Positions 26,934 to 39,050 of a stretch of 64,000 bases of DNA are shown here, one piece after another. A program made the position numbers and the translations under genes. Position 1 is the first letter of the stretch; every line of letters begins with the position of its first letter. The notes beneath the pieces were generated by a model. That model saw nothing but the letters and a program-made list of their open reading frames with translations. It was not told the DNA's origin and searched no databases. Source of the DNA: Antedon mediterranea (lineage: Eukaryota > Animalia > Echinodermata); the NCBI RefSeq assembly GCF_964355755.1, contig NC_092677.1, positions 5,788,101 through 5,852,100 of the forward strand, in the 5' to 3' direction.

Positions 26934-28274
26934 TATAAAAATACATTAAATAAAAAGTTAAAAAGCCGGAAGCGCGGCTATATTATTATGTTTTATCAAC
27001 GTGTTTATGTTTTCTAAAATAATTGAAACTGAAATATAACGTAACAATATGCAGAATACACGTTGTGATACTGTATCACAACGTGTATTCTGCATATTGT
27101 CGTTGTCATGAATAAACCGGTAAGTTTTTATTATCTTTTTTATTTTATTTATCAATATTACTATTAAATTAACAATTGTTAGAGGAATTCTAACGTAAGA
27201 GAAGAGTTGTTTTTCTCTGGTCGTTTTCTGTTTAGACCAAATTAACAAAGACAAAGTATTATAATTATACTGAAAGATAAAAGATAATAATCTCCCATCT
27301 GAAATATATATAATATTTTTCTACTATGTCTAGCTACTATGAGGACGATCAAAGCACATTGATCGAAACGTCTAGAAACTCAACAGTTCTTTTCAAAACT
27401 GATATACGTGGTGTATCGCAAACTTTATATCAACATTTGATTTCGCCATGCAAACCTTCAAACAATATTATAAAAATATTATTAATAAGCGTGAAGATAA
27501 AAGACTTTCACATAGTTAAGTGCAGTTGCCATTCGCCGTAGCGGATCTATTATTTTGAATTAGTAAACTTCGTAAACTTATTAGCAAAATCATTGTTAGC
27601 ATTTGTAGCTTTCCCGTCTCCCTTAGATCTGCCTGTGATTTCTAATATAATGAGAATGATACAAATACAGTGCAATGCAAGTATGCGAGTACTATTTTCA
27701 TTTTCTAAGATAGATTGAACCATATGCGACTTGTTTGTGATCAAACAATGTAACATGAACAAGATTGACTTATAAAAAGAGAGAAATATTCACAAGATCA
27801 CTTCAATTCAATATCTAATTCATTTTAGTTGGTGACTTAAACATGACTTAAGTTGGCCTGGCTTCTATACCACAATATAAAACAACAAATACATGCTAAC
27901 CTTCTATAAAATGGGTATTGTCAGTATAGCACAATAACAGATCAAAATACAATTGCAAATTGATTTAATTAATTAAAATAATTGAATAATTGAATACCAT
28001 TAAAAAGTAGTGTAAAAATACTGATAGTAGTGATGATGTGATAATGACTCATTGAAAAAAAAAACCTCAGAAAATAAACATATCATAAATAATAATGAAT
28101 CGGTAGCAACTAAATATGCCAGGTTGCAAAATACTGGGTGGCAAATGAAGGTGGCAATTTTTGTTGAGAAGAGGGCGGCTAAGAATTCCCAGTAGTTGGT
28201 CATAGCATTGGAAATGACAGTATTTAAAATGTTAAAAAAATGAATGAAATGTTTTTTTTTCTACTACATAGATT

Positions 28275-30239
28275 ATGTCAACATTTGTGTTTCTGTCTCT
28301 ACTGTTTCTTATTGAAAACACAATCGGTAAGTTTTTTTCAGGTGTACAACGGAAAGACCATTGTTCTATAACTATTTGTTGTGTTTACTTTAATAAAAAA
28401 AAAATTCAGTAAATAAAGATTTGGTTACTTCAGTGTACATATCTATATATCAGGGAAGGAAGAGGGGAGAGGGAAGGGAGAGGGGGAGAGGGGGAGAAGG
28501 AAGGGAGTGGGGCGGGAAGAGTGGGGAGAGGGGAGGAGAAGAATGAGAAAAAGGGGAAGAGAAGAATGAGAAAAGGAGGAGTAGGAGAGCGTTCGTGCGG
28601 GTGGCAACTGAATAAAACAAGGAAATTGTTATGCAGCACAATACATTCTTCAAACTAGGCATAATAATAATTGTGTTCGTCTTATTGAATGTACATAATA
28701 GGAATGCGGCTCTTATATATCGATGACCATAGAAATACCGAAAACTGTTCTATGATATATTGTTAATCATCCAGGTTCTAGATAAATATTCATAACACAA
28801 TTATATTCATAACGTGAACTTATTTACAAATATTAACTTATTCTTAATCATAATTCGTTCAAACCAGAACTTGATATCTATAGCCATTAATTGTTTCCAA
28901 TTTAGCATTCTATATTGCTAATTCTATTTATATTTTAGCCTCAGATGTTATACTATCTGTAGTAGAAGGTAATTCAATCACAATTCCTGGAGGTGGTATT
29001 CGCATTGACAAGATACATGCAGTAAGTTGGTTCAAAGGTGAAAAAGCATATCAATATCAACAAGGTATCGTTCATTCTAACAATCGTCAATCTGGCAGAT
29101 TTTCGATCGTTAATTCCTATGGAGATTTGATGATACAGAATGTAAGTAGAGATGATGCAGGGTACTACACTGTTCAAGTTATTGAAAGTGGCGAGGAACT
29201 TAGCGAGACCAACACATATCACCTGGATGTATATTGTAAGAATAAAAAAATGTTTAATAATATTAGATCTTTAATTTAGATATTCTAAAATTAGATAAGT
29301 ACGGTATATGTTTTTTCAACATTTACAATACCAATCATATTTCAATAAATGAAAACATTCACTTAAGGATTGAAACAAATTAATATTACATTGATAATTC
29401 TTATTATTTCTTCCTATTCTTATAAGAACATTCGTGTTCTGTTTTTAAAATACTTACATTTTGTGTAACACTATGTTTTGTAATAACTTACATACATTCA
29501 TGTCAACATGTAAAACATTTATATATTAGATCTTAGTTAGCAGAGATATATATTTACCGATTCTCTGACAGTTAATGCATGCAATGTGATCACAAAAGAC
29601 ATATAGAGAGAGGAATAGCGCAGTCCGCTAATTGAGGCAACATTTAACATCAGTAGAATATTTCATATTGAGATTGAGCGAGTTGCTTCTAAAAACTATC
29701 ACACATGAGAATACGAGTACCACGACCTCTCAAATAAATTCATTCTCGATTGCAAACTCGTTACAAACAAATACCGTACTAGTTGCTGGAGTATAGGAAC
29801 TATGAGACTTATAAAAGCAAACATTTAATATGATATAATATGCCAACTGTTTGTACTAAGAAATTTGATTTGGCCGATTTTTGTTGTGAACTTTACAATA
29901 TTTAGTTAAATGTAATAAGATTGCAATGCAAATTGTTATTGGAATTACAACCTAAAAATACGATTTGATTAGTTTAACAATCCAATGTCAAAATCAGTTG
30001 TTATCGCTTCAATCGATCTTAGACTAAATTGCTAATTATGATTGTGAAACAATGGTATTAAATAAAATCGACAGCAATAAGAAACTTACTTTCACTCAAA
30101 TAATACATTATTGTTTTTGCAGAAAAGACGAGTAGGTCTGAAAGAAAACAAGTCTAAAGATAATGAACTTCAATATCAAGACATGCAATATGCGTCACCT
30201 CCTTCTCATTACCAGGAACTAAAACCCAGTAAGAAATAG
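28275..30239 (+). CDS. Gene 4: SP-V-tail unit lacking C and TM exons; predicted secreted single-V protein (or pseudogene)
   Basis: SP 28275-28326, V 28939-29235, tail exon 30123-30239 (KRRVGLKENKSKDNELQYQDMQYASPPSHYQELKPSKK*). A deletion junction at ~29632 fuses the V-C intron to the post-TM intron. The V-to-tail splice creates T|AA, a stop codon. Confidence 0.7.
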
Positions 30240-33071
30240 ATCACACGAAGGCGGAAAAATGTCAATACGTATGCAATTTCAAGATGACAAGATGACAATT
30301 TTCCTGAACACGTTTTATATTAAGTTCTCATTTACTTATAGATTTAATAGTAGGGGTATGAAAAGGTATGTAAAAACAAAAACGATTCTATACTAAAACT
30401 TAAATTAATAATTGTAATTTATAATGAACCACGCCTTCTACTAAACTACCTACATTTTTAAAGTTGATATAGTGCCATTAACAAAAATAATGATAAAACA
30501 TGCATTAATTATTTCTGTAAATAATGTACAATAAAAATAATAATTCAAACAGCGCAAACTAGAAGTAGGCCTAATGTGCGTTATGTTTTTTCCACTAGTC
30601 AAATTTGCGAATCGAAAGCGTCAGCTTACACGCATGCGTGTATTGTAAAGCGAAACAAATATGCTAAACCAATCAGAGCTCAGGAAATTAGTTATGACGC
30701 TTCACTTATGCAAATCTTAAATCTCAGCAGCAGACACGCGATATAAATGAAAATCGCAGCTATCGGTCTTGTAGCGCGATTGTTTTCTCTGTAAAACATT
30801 TGGGAACTAAATTCCCTGAGTGTAAAACGGGCTTTTGGTAAACGTGTAAAGGTAATGTAAGGTAGAGGATAATTCTACAAAGTAGTAAAAACAATATAAG
30901 TTATAACTAAAGTGAGAAGACAAACTAAATGAAAAGATATGTTCTTTGATAGAAGAAGCCTACATATTTGAATAGTTCAAATACAATAATCAATATAATA
31001 GTTAAGGTTATCATATTACTAGTTATAACTCTATTATGTTTTAAGCATTTTGATTTTTTTATATTCTTTAGTTAACATTTTTCATTATAACGTCTTAAGT
31101 GTAGTCTTTTTGCAAAGGCAAGATATTCTATGAATTCAATCTTGGATTTCAACATGGCGGTTGGAATATAATATTTAAAACTTTGATAGCAATGTATATG
31201 GAATTCTATAATATAATAAACATGGGTATAGAAAACAATTCTAAACTGCAATTCAAATTACCAAAAACACATTTAACTTAATTATTTGCTTTTATTTGCT
31301 TTTAACATAAAATGCCTACAGCATCTGACGGATGGTGGTGCTAATGCTTTAGTGATTTATTGTAATAATTCCTATAAAATAAATGTCCTCAAAACATAAA
31401 CAATAAAGATGAATAAATCAATCTTCATCATTTTGTAGTTACAGTAAAGTTATTCACTTCCAGAAGAAACAAGGCCATTTAGATGGCTGCAGTCGCGTGC
31501 TCAAGTTAGTGTTTACCGACCAACCGACCGACATACTGAGCTGTAGAGTCGCGTTGTACGCGACTAAAAAGAAAGCAACAAAACCATCATATCATAAACG
31601 ACAAAATACAGTTAATAACAAAAAACCTTTTTTGATTATCCAATACATAACATGTCTGTTGGACTTAACTTGAGGATTTATTCTCGAGCATTTGCTGGTC
31701 AACAAAATTAAATAGTAATAGATGAGAACGTGTACCGTGACATCTCGCTGTTGCTGTAGCAAAAGCTTGAATGTAATCAGCAAAAATATATTATATAAAA
31801 CGTAAAATTACTTGTAATAGTTCAACGTGATTGTGTTGTGTTTCCTACATTATTGAAAGTGCAATACAAACTGACTGCACGATCACAACGAGTATTCTAC
31901 ATATCATCGTCGCCTTGACCGCACTATCACAACGAGTATTCTACATATCGTCGTCGCCTTGGCATTATTCCGTGGAATGAGTCGGTAAGTGTTTATTTTT
32001 TAGTTTACTCCTACTTTTTATTTATCAACATATTCACATTGTTAGAATGGGATTTTCACGTAAACGAAGAGGTTTGTACACTTTTATCTGGTAATGTGGC
32101 ATATTCACTTCCACAAGAAGTGAATGATGGAGTAAGAGCAGTTTTCTGTTTGGGCTCATGCCTATTACTTGCTCCTGGCAAGATGAATTGTAAAATGTAC
32201 TTTATGAACTTTTGCCGAATAAATATTATTATTATTATTATTATATATTGTTTAATTGATCTAGACCGAAAATAATAATGATAAAGTACGTCAATAAGAT
32301 ATCAATCTACTATATACAAACAATGTGCCTTTCTCATAGGCCGACTTTTTTTTTCACACGTGCACAACTTTATTTAAAAATTGCTTTTCCACAACATGCA
32401 TAAATAAAAGATCTATTTCTGATTTAAAAATCTGGTTTTTGTTTTTTATTTTGTAGTGGCACTACTACACTTATTGTGAAAAAAAGATTATATCTAGAGT
32501 CTTTTGACTATTTATAATTATGTATATTTGGGTAAATAATGTGAGGTTGAATAACGTTTCACAGTCGAAAAATAATATATACAGTAGGCTGTTTCCAATG
32601 AGAAAGAATACAATTACAATTGCAAACTCTTTCCATTTTCTAGTTGGACCCAATTGTGATTGTTAATGTAATTCAACAAACAAAACAAAACAATTTTAAA
32701 TCGTTAAGAGATATGTTAAAACTGACATCCTTTTAAAACAAATGCAAACAACAAATACGTTGCTGGTGCACATATGCCCAACAATACAATGCCACACCAG
32801 TGATAACATTATTACTAGTAATGAAATCTCTCCATTTCATAAATACTAGTCATTCATGATGGTTTTTTGAAATATATTGGAGCATCAGTATTGTATTTTT
32901 AAATAATCTTATAGAAGAAAATAACAGTTATGTATACATTACTTTGGTACATGCTTGAATAATAATTTGATTTGAAATCAATTTCCTCTATTTCGAAAAT
33001 TTGGAGTAAACTGTCATCGTTATTAAATCTAAAAACTGTATAAAGATAATACTTTCTTTCTCCTATAGATT

Positions 33072-36000
33072 ATGGCGAGAATTGTATGCATATTTCTTTC
33101 ATTACTGATTTTATTCGAAAGCGCTATAGGTAAGGGTTGTCAGCGATAAAAATCGCTTAACAAATGTGCACCTCCTCAAAACGTTGATTGATAAAATCAA
33201 TACTTTTGCATTATGATTTTGATATAGTATACACTTGTGTGTACAAGACTATTTTTTTAAATAAAATAATAGGATAATATTTTGTATTTATAATGTAAAT
33301 TTCTTTACTGGACACCAGATGATGTGCATTTATTATAAACTATAATGCAATGGTTTTTATGCATTTAGGTATGTTTAGTAATCCATATTTTAAAAAGGGT
33401 GCTTCCACAGACTACTTTGTGATTGTACGGTAGTATGTTTTTTTTTATGTAAACTATTTAATTATTATTTTATTATTATTTCATTTTTGCTGTGATTCAT
33501 AAATACAGATTAGTTTATAATATTAATAATAATAATAATAAATAATTTATATCTAAGCCTCGGATCGTATAAAAGAACTGTCAATAATTGAAGATGAACA
33601 AATCACAATCTATGCTGGAGGTGGCATTCCCATTGATAAAATACACGCGGTAATTTGGTTCAGAGGTAAAGAAGTATATGGAGAAAGACAAATTGTTAAC
33701 TCTGTTAGTCAACTTCAAAATGGAAAATTTTCAATCGGAAAAGTGTATGGGGATTTGATCATACAATATGTTGATATAACAGATGAAGGATATTACACAG
33801 TTCAGGTTAATGACGAGGAAACGGCTCGGACCACAACGTATCACCTGGATGTGTATTGTGAGTTATTTCCTAACCATTTCTATACATTAATGTAATAGCT
33901 TTTATAGAAGATGAACTTTTTAGTTTATTTATGCTAGTACAGTGATACTTTATAAAATAATTATATGAAATGAAAGTAATGCGATTTTCTATTCAGTACA
34001 CTCTGATAACATAATGAACTAGGTAGTGTTATTCATATTTTTTACTTTGAATATCTTCTGGTCTAAGTAAGCATGTATTTTAAAACTAACTCTTCCCAGT
34101 ATATTTAAATAATACTATCACTATCATCTTTACAGATATGGATTCTCCAAATTTCATAGCATCAATCGATAATAGCAATAGCCACTATGCATTCTACTGT
34201 ATATGGGGTAACATATATCCCGAAATGGAACCGAAAGTAACATGGACACTTAATGGAAATTTATTAAATACATCAACGCCTAAATACAGTGTAACAGATG
34301 AAGGGAAACGTTGGAACAAACTGGTTATTTTTGAAAATATGTCTGAGAATGATTTTGGGAACTACTCTTGTCGTATTACTGTAAACCTGGATGAGGGTAC
34401 TATGGAAAAGACAAGCAATTTAGAAGAAATATGGCAAGCATCTAGTTCTGGTAAGTAAAACATAACATTTGGTTCTAAAGCCTTGTCTACACTATCAAAC
34501 TTTATGGGACACCAAAATATAATGTGCCCATATCTGGACATGATTATGTCACCTCACTACCATAGTAGTATTTTTTGTCAAATTAGTTTGTGTGCAGATT
34601 AGACAGAGCTGGAACCTAGTTCAGATCTATACCGTATATCATAGCAATAACAAAAGCGTAAGCGCAGTAGCGTCCTGTAAAGATATAGAGCCTAAGTGTA
34701 TTATGTTGTTTTGAATTAATACTAGATACTTTCAACGGTTCATTTAGATTCATCGTAATTAGGAAAGTTTCGTGATGAGTCATATTATAAGTAAGGAAAT
34801 GGTGATAGAAAGTAAGCACAGAATTGAACTGTCGCCACTAAAAAGTTATATTTATGTAAATATTTGTTTCATTTCAGCTGCTCCATCTATAGAGACGTTT
34901 TCGGTAATCGAAGGAGACCGAACCGTAATTCCAGCTAGAGTCGATGTGCCCATAAACACAATACAATCAATAACTTGGTACAAATTTAAATCACCACAAA
35001 CAAACTATACAATTGTTAGTTTAACAAATCGAACCAATGGCCGCTTCTCAATTGATGGAACTGGCAAAAACTACGGTGATTTGATCATACAACATGCTGA
35101 TAGAGAAGATGCGCGTTATTACACATGTCAGATTTTACAAAATAGAAATTCTAGAGAGAAGACCATTACGTATTATTTAGATTTATACTGTAAGTTTAGT
35201 ATATCCTAGTGTATAGATATTTTGGCGATTAGACCTAACGTTATAATATTATTATAAAAACGTTTGAAGCATGGATAAAAAGATCTCATGTAGCTGACTC
35301 TATCACTTATGATATAATAATATTATACACATAATTATGAAATGAGGTAAATAATTCCATAAGAGGAAAAACTACTTACGTTTGATAAATAACTATATAA
35401 ATAAAACCCAATACAATTTCCAACAATAATACAACACACAAGATCGCCTACTCTTAAATTCAGAATGAGTTGTGTTATTCCATTTTTATTTCAGATCTAG
35501 TTTCTCCAACTCTCACAACATTCACTGAAAACAGTCCTACTGGTAACAAATATGGTTTCTACTGCATATGGTTTAAAATGAACCCAGAGATGGAGCCGTA
35601 CGTAGCATGGCTACATAATGGACATATATTAAAAACCTCAACGACTAAGTACAGTGTGATAAAGGACGAAGAAAGGAGCATACAAACACTCATTATTCTG
35701 GAAATGACTGAAAATGATGTTGGAGAATATGCGTGTCGTATTACGATTGAAACAAAATTAGGAATGCCTAATATGAGTAAAACAAGCACCATCGAATACG
35801 TTACGATAAGTAAGTAGGCCAACCCCTTTTTACTACCCTTGTCACACTTCTTTCTGTTACCTGCAATAACTTTAATATCTAAAACTAACTAATTTTCTTA
35901 GCATTTTGTTCTGTTTCAGGTGCGTTGGATTCACCTTCGTCAACAGGCCTATCAAGTACATTAATAGGAGGCTTAGCTACAGTGACAGTTGTTTGTATAC

Positions 36001-36716
36001 TTGTCTCTATCCTTACTTGTGTAATAGCACGTGTTATGTATGTAAGTATTTCAAATTATACAGGAAATAAAAACACGGAGATGAATTAAATTCAACAAAT
36101 GTACTGCATAGTAGAACTTTGACTTTGAATGATAATGTTAATGATGACGATGACTATGACACAATGATGACGATGACGGTGACTATGACACGATGGTGAT
36201 GATGATGATTACGATGATAATAATGGTGCATAATGACCATCACGTGCAACTGGAACTTACATTTTTGTCTCATTTAGTATTACGTTTGCTTGGCCTAAGC
36301 ATTACGTTTTAGATTGATTGGTATTATATTGCTCGTATCATTTTGTGACTTGAAAGAAAATACATTAGTCATTCAGTCGGTTCTGTTTATGATTTGAGAG
36401 TTATATAATAACTTAATGACACTGAATAAAAACAACAGAAAGTCTAAACTTTTACTTTCAATCAATATTAAAACACAGGAATTATTTAAAAAAATTTATA
36501 TTCTTTTGATAGGAAAGACGAGTAAAGCAAATTAATTCTAAACGTAAAAGTCCTCAATACCAAGACCTGCAATTTATGCCACGCCCTGACCAGTACCAAG
36601 AGCTTACTATAGATTCTAGAATACACGACGGTGTCACCAACAAAAATAAAACAGATAGAAAAATCTCGGAAACGAGTTCGAAGGTTAACGTTGTTTATGA
36701 AGACATACCTAATTAA
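33072..36716 (+). CDS. Gene 5: apparently intact IgSF receptor, V-C-V-C, TM, ITAM plus ITIM tail
   Basis: SP 33072-33129 (MARIVCIFLSLLILFESAI), V 33558-33857, C 34136-34450, V 34878-35189, C 35495-35809, TM 35920-36041, tail 36513-36716 (...YQDLQFMPRPDQYQEL...VVYEDIPN*). All are phase-compatible. A probable non-coding exon donor lies near 31985. Confidence 0.87.
36130..36225. repeat. Degenerate (GAT/GAC)n microsatellite in the gene 5 TM-tail intron
   Basis: GATGACGATGACTATGAC...GATGATGATGAT read directly. Confidence 0.8.
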
Positions 36717-38367
36717 ATTAGTTCTACAAAATAAAAAATGTTTGTCAATCACTTTTATGGAAAATGGAGATTATGTGAACACGCTTTAAGTATGAAGAAG
36801 CATAAGGTACATCTACTACATTATTGATGACTATAACTTAATAAAATCCTCTAAATAATTCCTCAACTACAGTAGTAACAAAAAAACACGTCGAAAAGTG
36901 ACAAACCCATCTATAGTCTATACTGCACCATTGAGTCACACAATTGGCTTGCAGATTAATCGTTGACATTAAAATCTATTTGATCTATGCCTATGATTGT
37001 ATAGCGCCCCCTACAATATAAAACTTTATGCTGTAATTAAGCTAATGAATTATTTATGATTGAATTGTATAGGTAACTTGTTGCTAAATAAACTTTTATA
37101 TAATAATTAACACTCATCAATTTATAAAAAGAAATTACGTAAATTGTAATTAATAAATATGTATAAAAATAATATGTGTCCATGACCAAAGTAAAGTGTT
37201 TTCCTTTTAAAAAAAGAAAAAATATATTATGGAATAAAGCAGGTAGGCCTACAGCAGGCTTTTTGTACAAATCATAGGTTAGCATCAATATACTTTTTTT
37301 AACCATTAGACATACTTTTAGTTTGATTTACGTATTTGTTAACATGAAATTAAACATAACAATATTTCCACGTATTCGAAGGTAACTAAATCAGGTCATT
37401 CTTAGAAAAGTGATAACTAATGTAGTTGTTAGTTTACTGTAATCATGATTGTAAATAAGTTTATTATCTAGAATTAATGAAATCATTAAAACCAACATAG
37501 TGATTGCTATTAATATTATCATTATTATTATTATTACCATCGGTTTCTTTTATCATTATATTATTACATTTCTCTTTTCTATTTTATTTCGTTTTCTATA
37601 CGGTTTAATAGAGCACTGTAGTTAGCATTTCTCTACTGAGGGGCAACCGTATATTGAAATCTATAATTCTAATGAATGTTCAAATGACAAAATTTTCCAA
37701 TGTATAAAACATTTGTTAAACCGTAATCACCAAAAAGTGATGTTCCCATATGAACATGATGATCACTATTATAATATGGCATTATCACATTTGGACACAT
37801 CGCACCTAAAGTCTGATAGTGCAGACAGAGCTTTAGAATAACACAGGTATGAAACTCATTGTCATTGTATCGTAAGCATGGTTGATTTCTAAAAATATAA
37901 ATGTATTTTTTGTCTTTTATACTTTGTATGATTTGTTACTTTTTATAAACATTAATTTCACGAGGTTCATTAAAATATGTTACAAACGGGTCAACATTGT
38001 ACATTCATACAAACGTAATTGTTCAAAACATTAATGTTAATACGTTCATGTACATTAATTCGGTTTATGGTTATATACTGTAATACAATTTACAATTTCA
38101 AAAATGATACCGGTTTTATAATATATAATAATTACACAATAAATGGAGTACGCGATACAATAACGTGTATTTTATTGCTAATTTTCTTTTTTCACTACCG
38201 GCGTATGGCCGTTTTCTTTGATCCGATACTGTATTTTTTAATTTAAAACCATTGCTTGTTCTTATCAATTTCATTCGTGTAAGGTCAAGCTTTGCTGGTG
38301 GTGGTGGACATTTGGTGACAACTTTTAACAATAACACATAAAGTCTAACCCAAATTGTTATTAGATA

Positions 38368-39050
38368 ATGGCAACATATATGTTTTTGCTCTTTCTCATC
38401 CAACAGACGACAGGTAAGATATCATTGTAATAAAGTGAAGAAAATTGATGGGGTGGGGTTGTGAATTGTGTCAGTTTCGCCCCTCGGCCGAAAAAAGTGT
38501 TATTTGTCTAGTATAAAGATATGATACAAGGAATGAAAGTACCTGGAAGGATCTACTACCGTATTCGATATCGACACCGGTGGACCTTTTTGCAGAGTAA
38601 ATTGAAGTGGTGAACTACGATATATCAGTGAATTTTTGACAATATTATGTGTACAGGTATTTAAATATTAATTTCCCACATTGCTTCTGTTACCTACAGA
38701 AAAGAAGAGCATCAGTAGAAATTCATTCTAAACAAGATCTACAATACCAAGATGTGCAACTTTCTTCATTCCCCTCCGTGTACATCGATTCTAACATAGA
38801 CAACGGTGTTATCTATGCAAATACAGAGGCCGGCAATATGTCGGATAGGTGGCCGAAGGAAGACGGAGCCGGCAAAATGCTGGATGCGTGGCCCAAGGAT
38901 GACGTAAGCAGGAACATGGCGGATGAATTGCCAAAGGGCGGCGTTACGGTGAAATTTTCGGATGCGTGGCCAAAGAGCGGCGTTACGGTGAACATGTCGG
39001 ATGCGAGGCCGAATAAGGATGAACTCAATTATGAAGTTGTGAATTATTAG
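38368..39050 (+). pseudogene. Gene 6 relic: SP exon plus an intact tyrosine-motif tail exon, with all Ig and TM exons missing
   Basis: SP 38368-38413 (MATYMFLLFLIQQTT, gtaag). Tail 38700-39050 reads KRRASVEIHSKQDLQYQDVQLSSFPSVYIDS...VIYAN...LNYEVVNY*. Only 286 bp separate them and the phases are incompatible. Confidence 0.72.
38832..39026 (+). repeat. Coding 39-bp (13-aa) tandem repeat, 5 copies
   Basis: GNMSDRWPKEDGA / GKMLDAWPKDDVS / RNMADELPKGGVT / VKFSDAWPKSGVT / VNMSDARPNKDEL. Confidence 0.88.

Noticed and set aside
36756-36789. MENGDYVNTL* tyrosine motif downstream of the gene 5 stop
   Set aside because: It is out of frame with the tail and has no convincing acceptor; it may be chance or a decayed extension.
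38832-39026. Regularly spaced repeats as a CRISPR-like array
   Set aside because: They are degenerate head-to-tail coding repeats without unique spacers, in a eukaryotic context.
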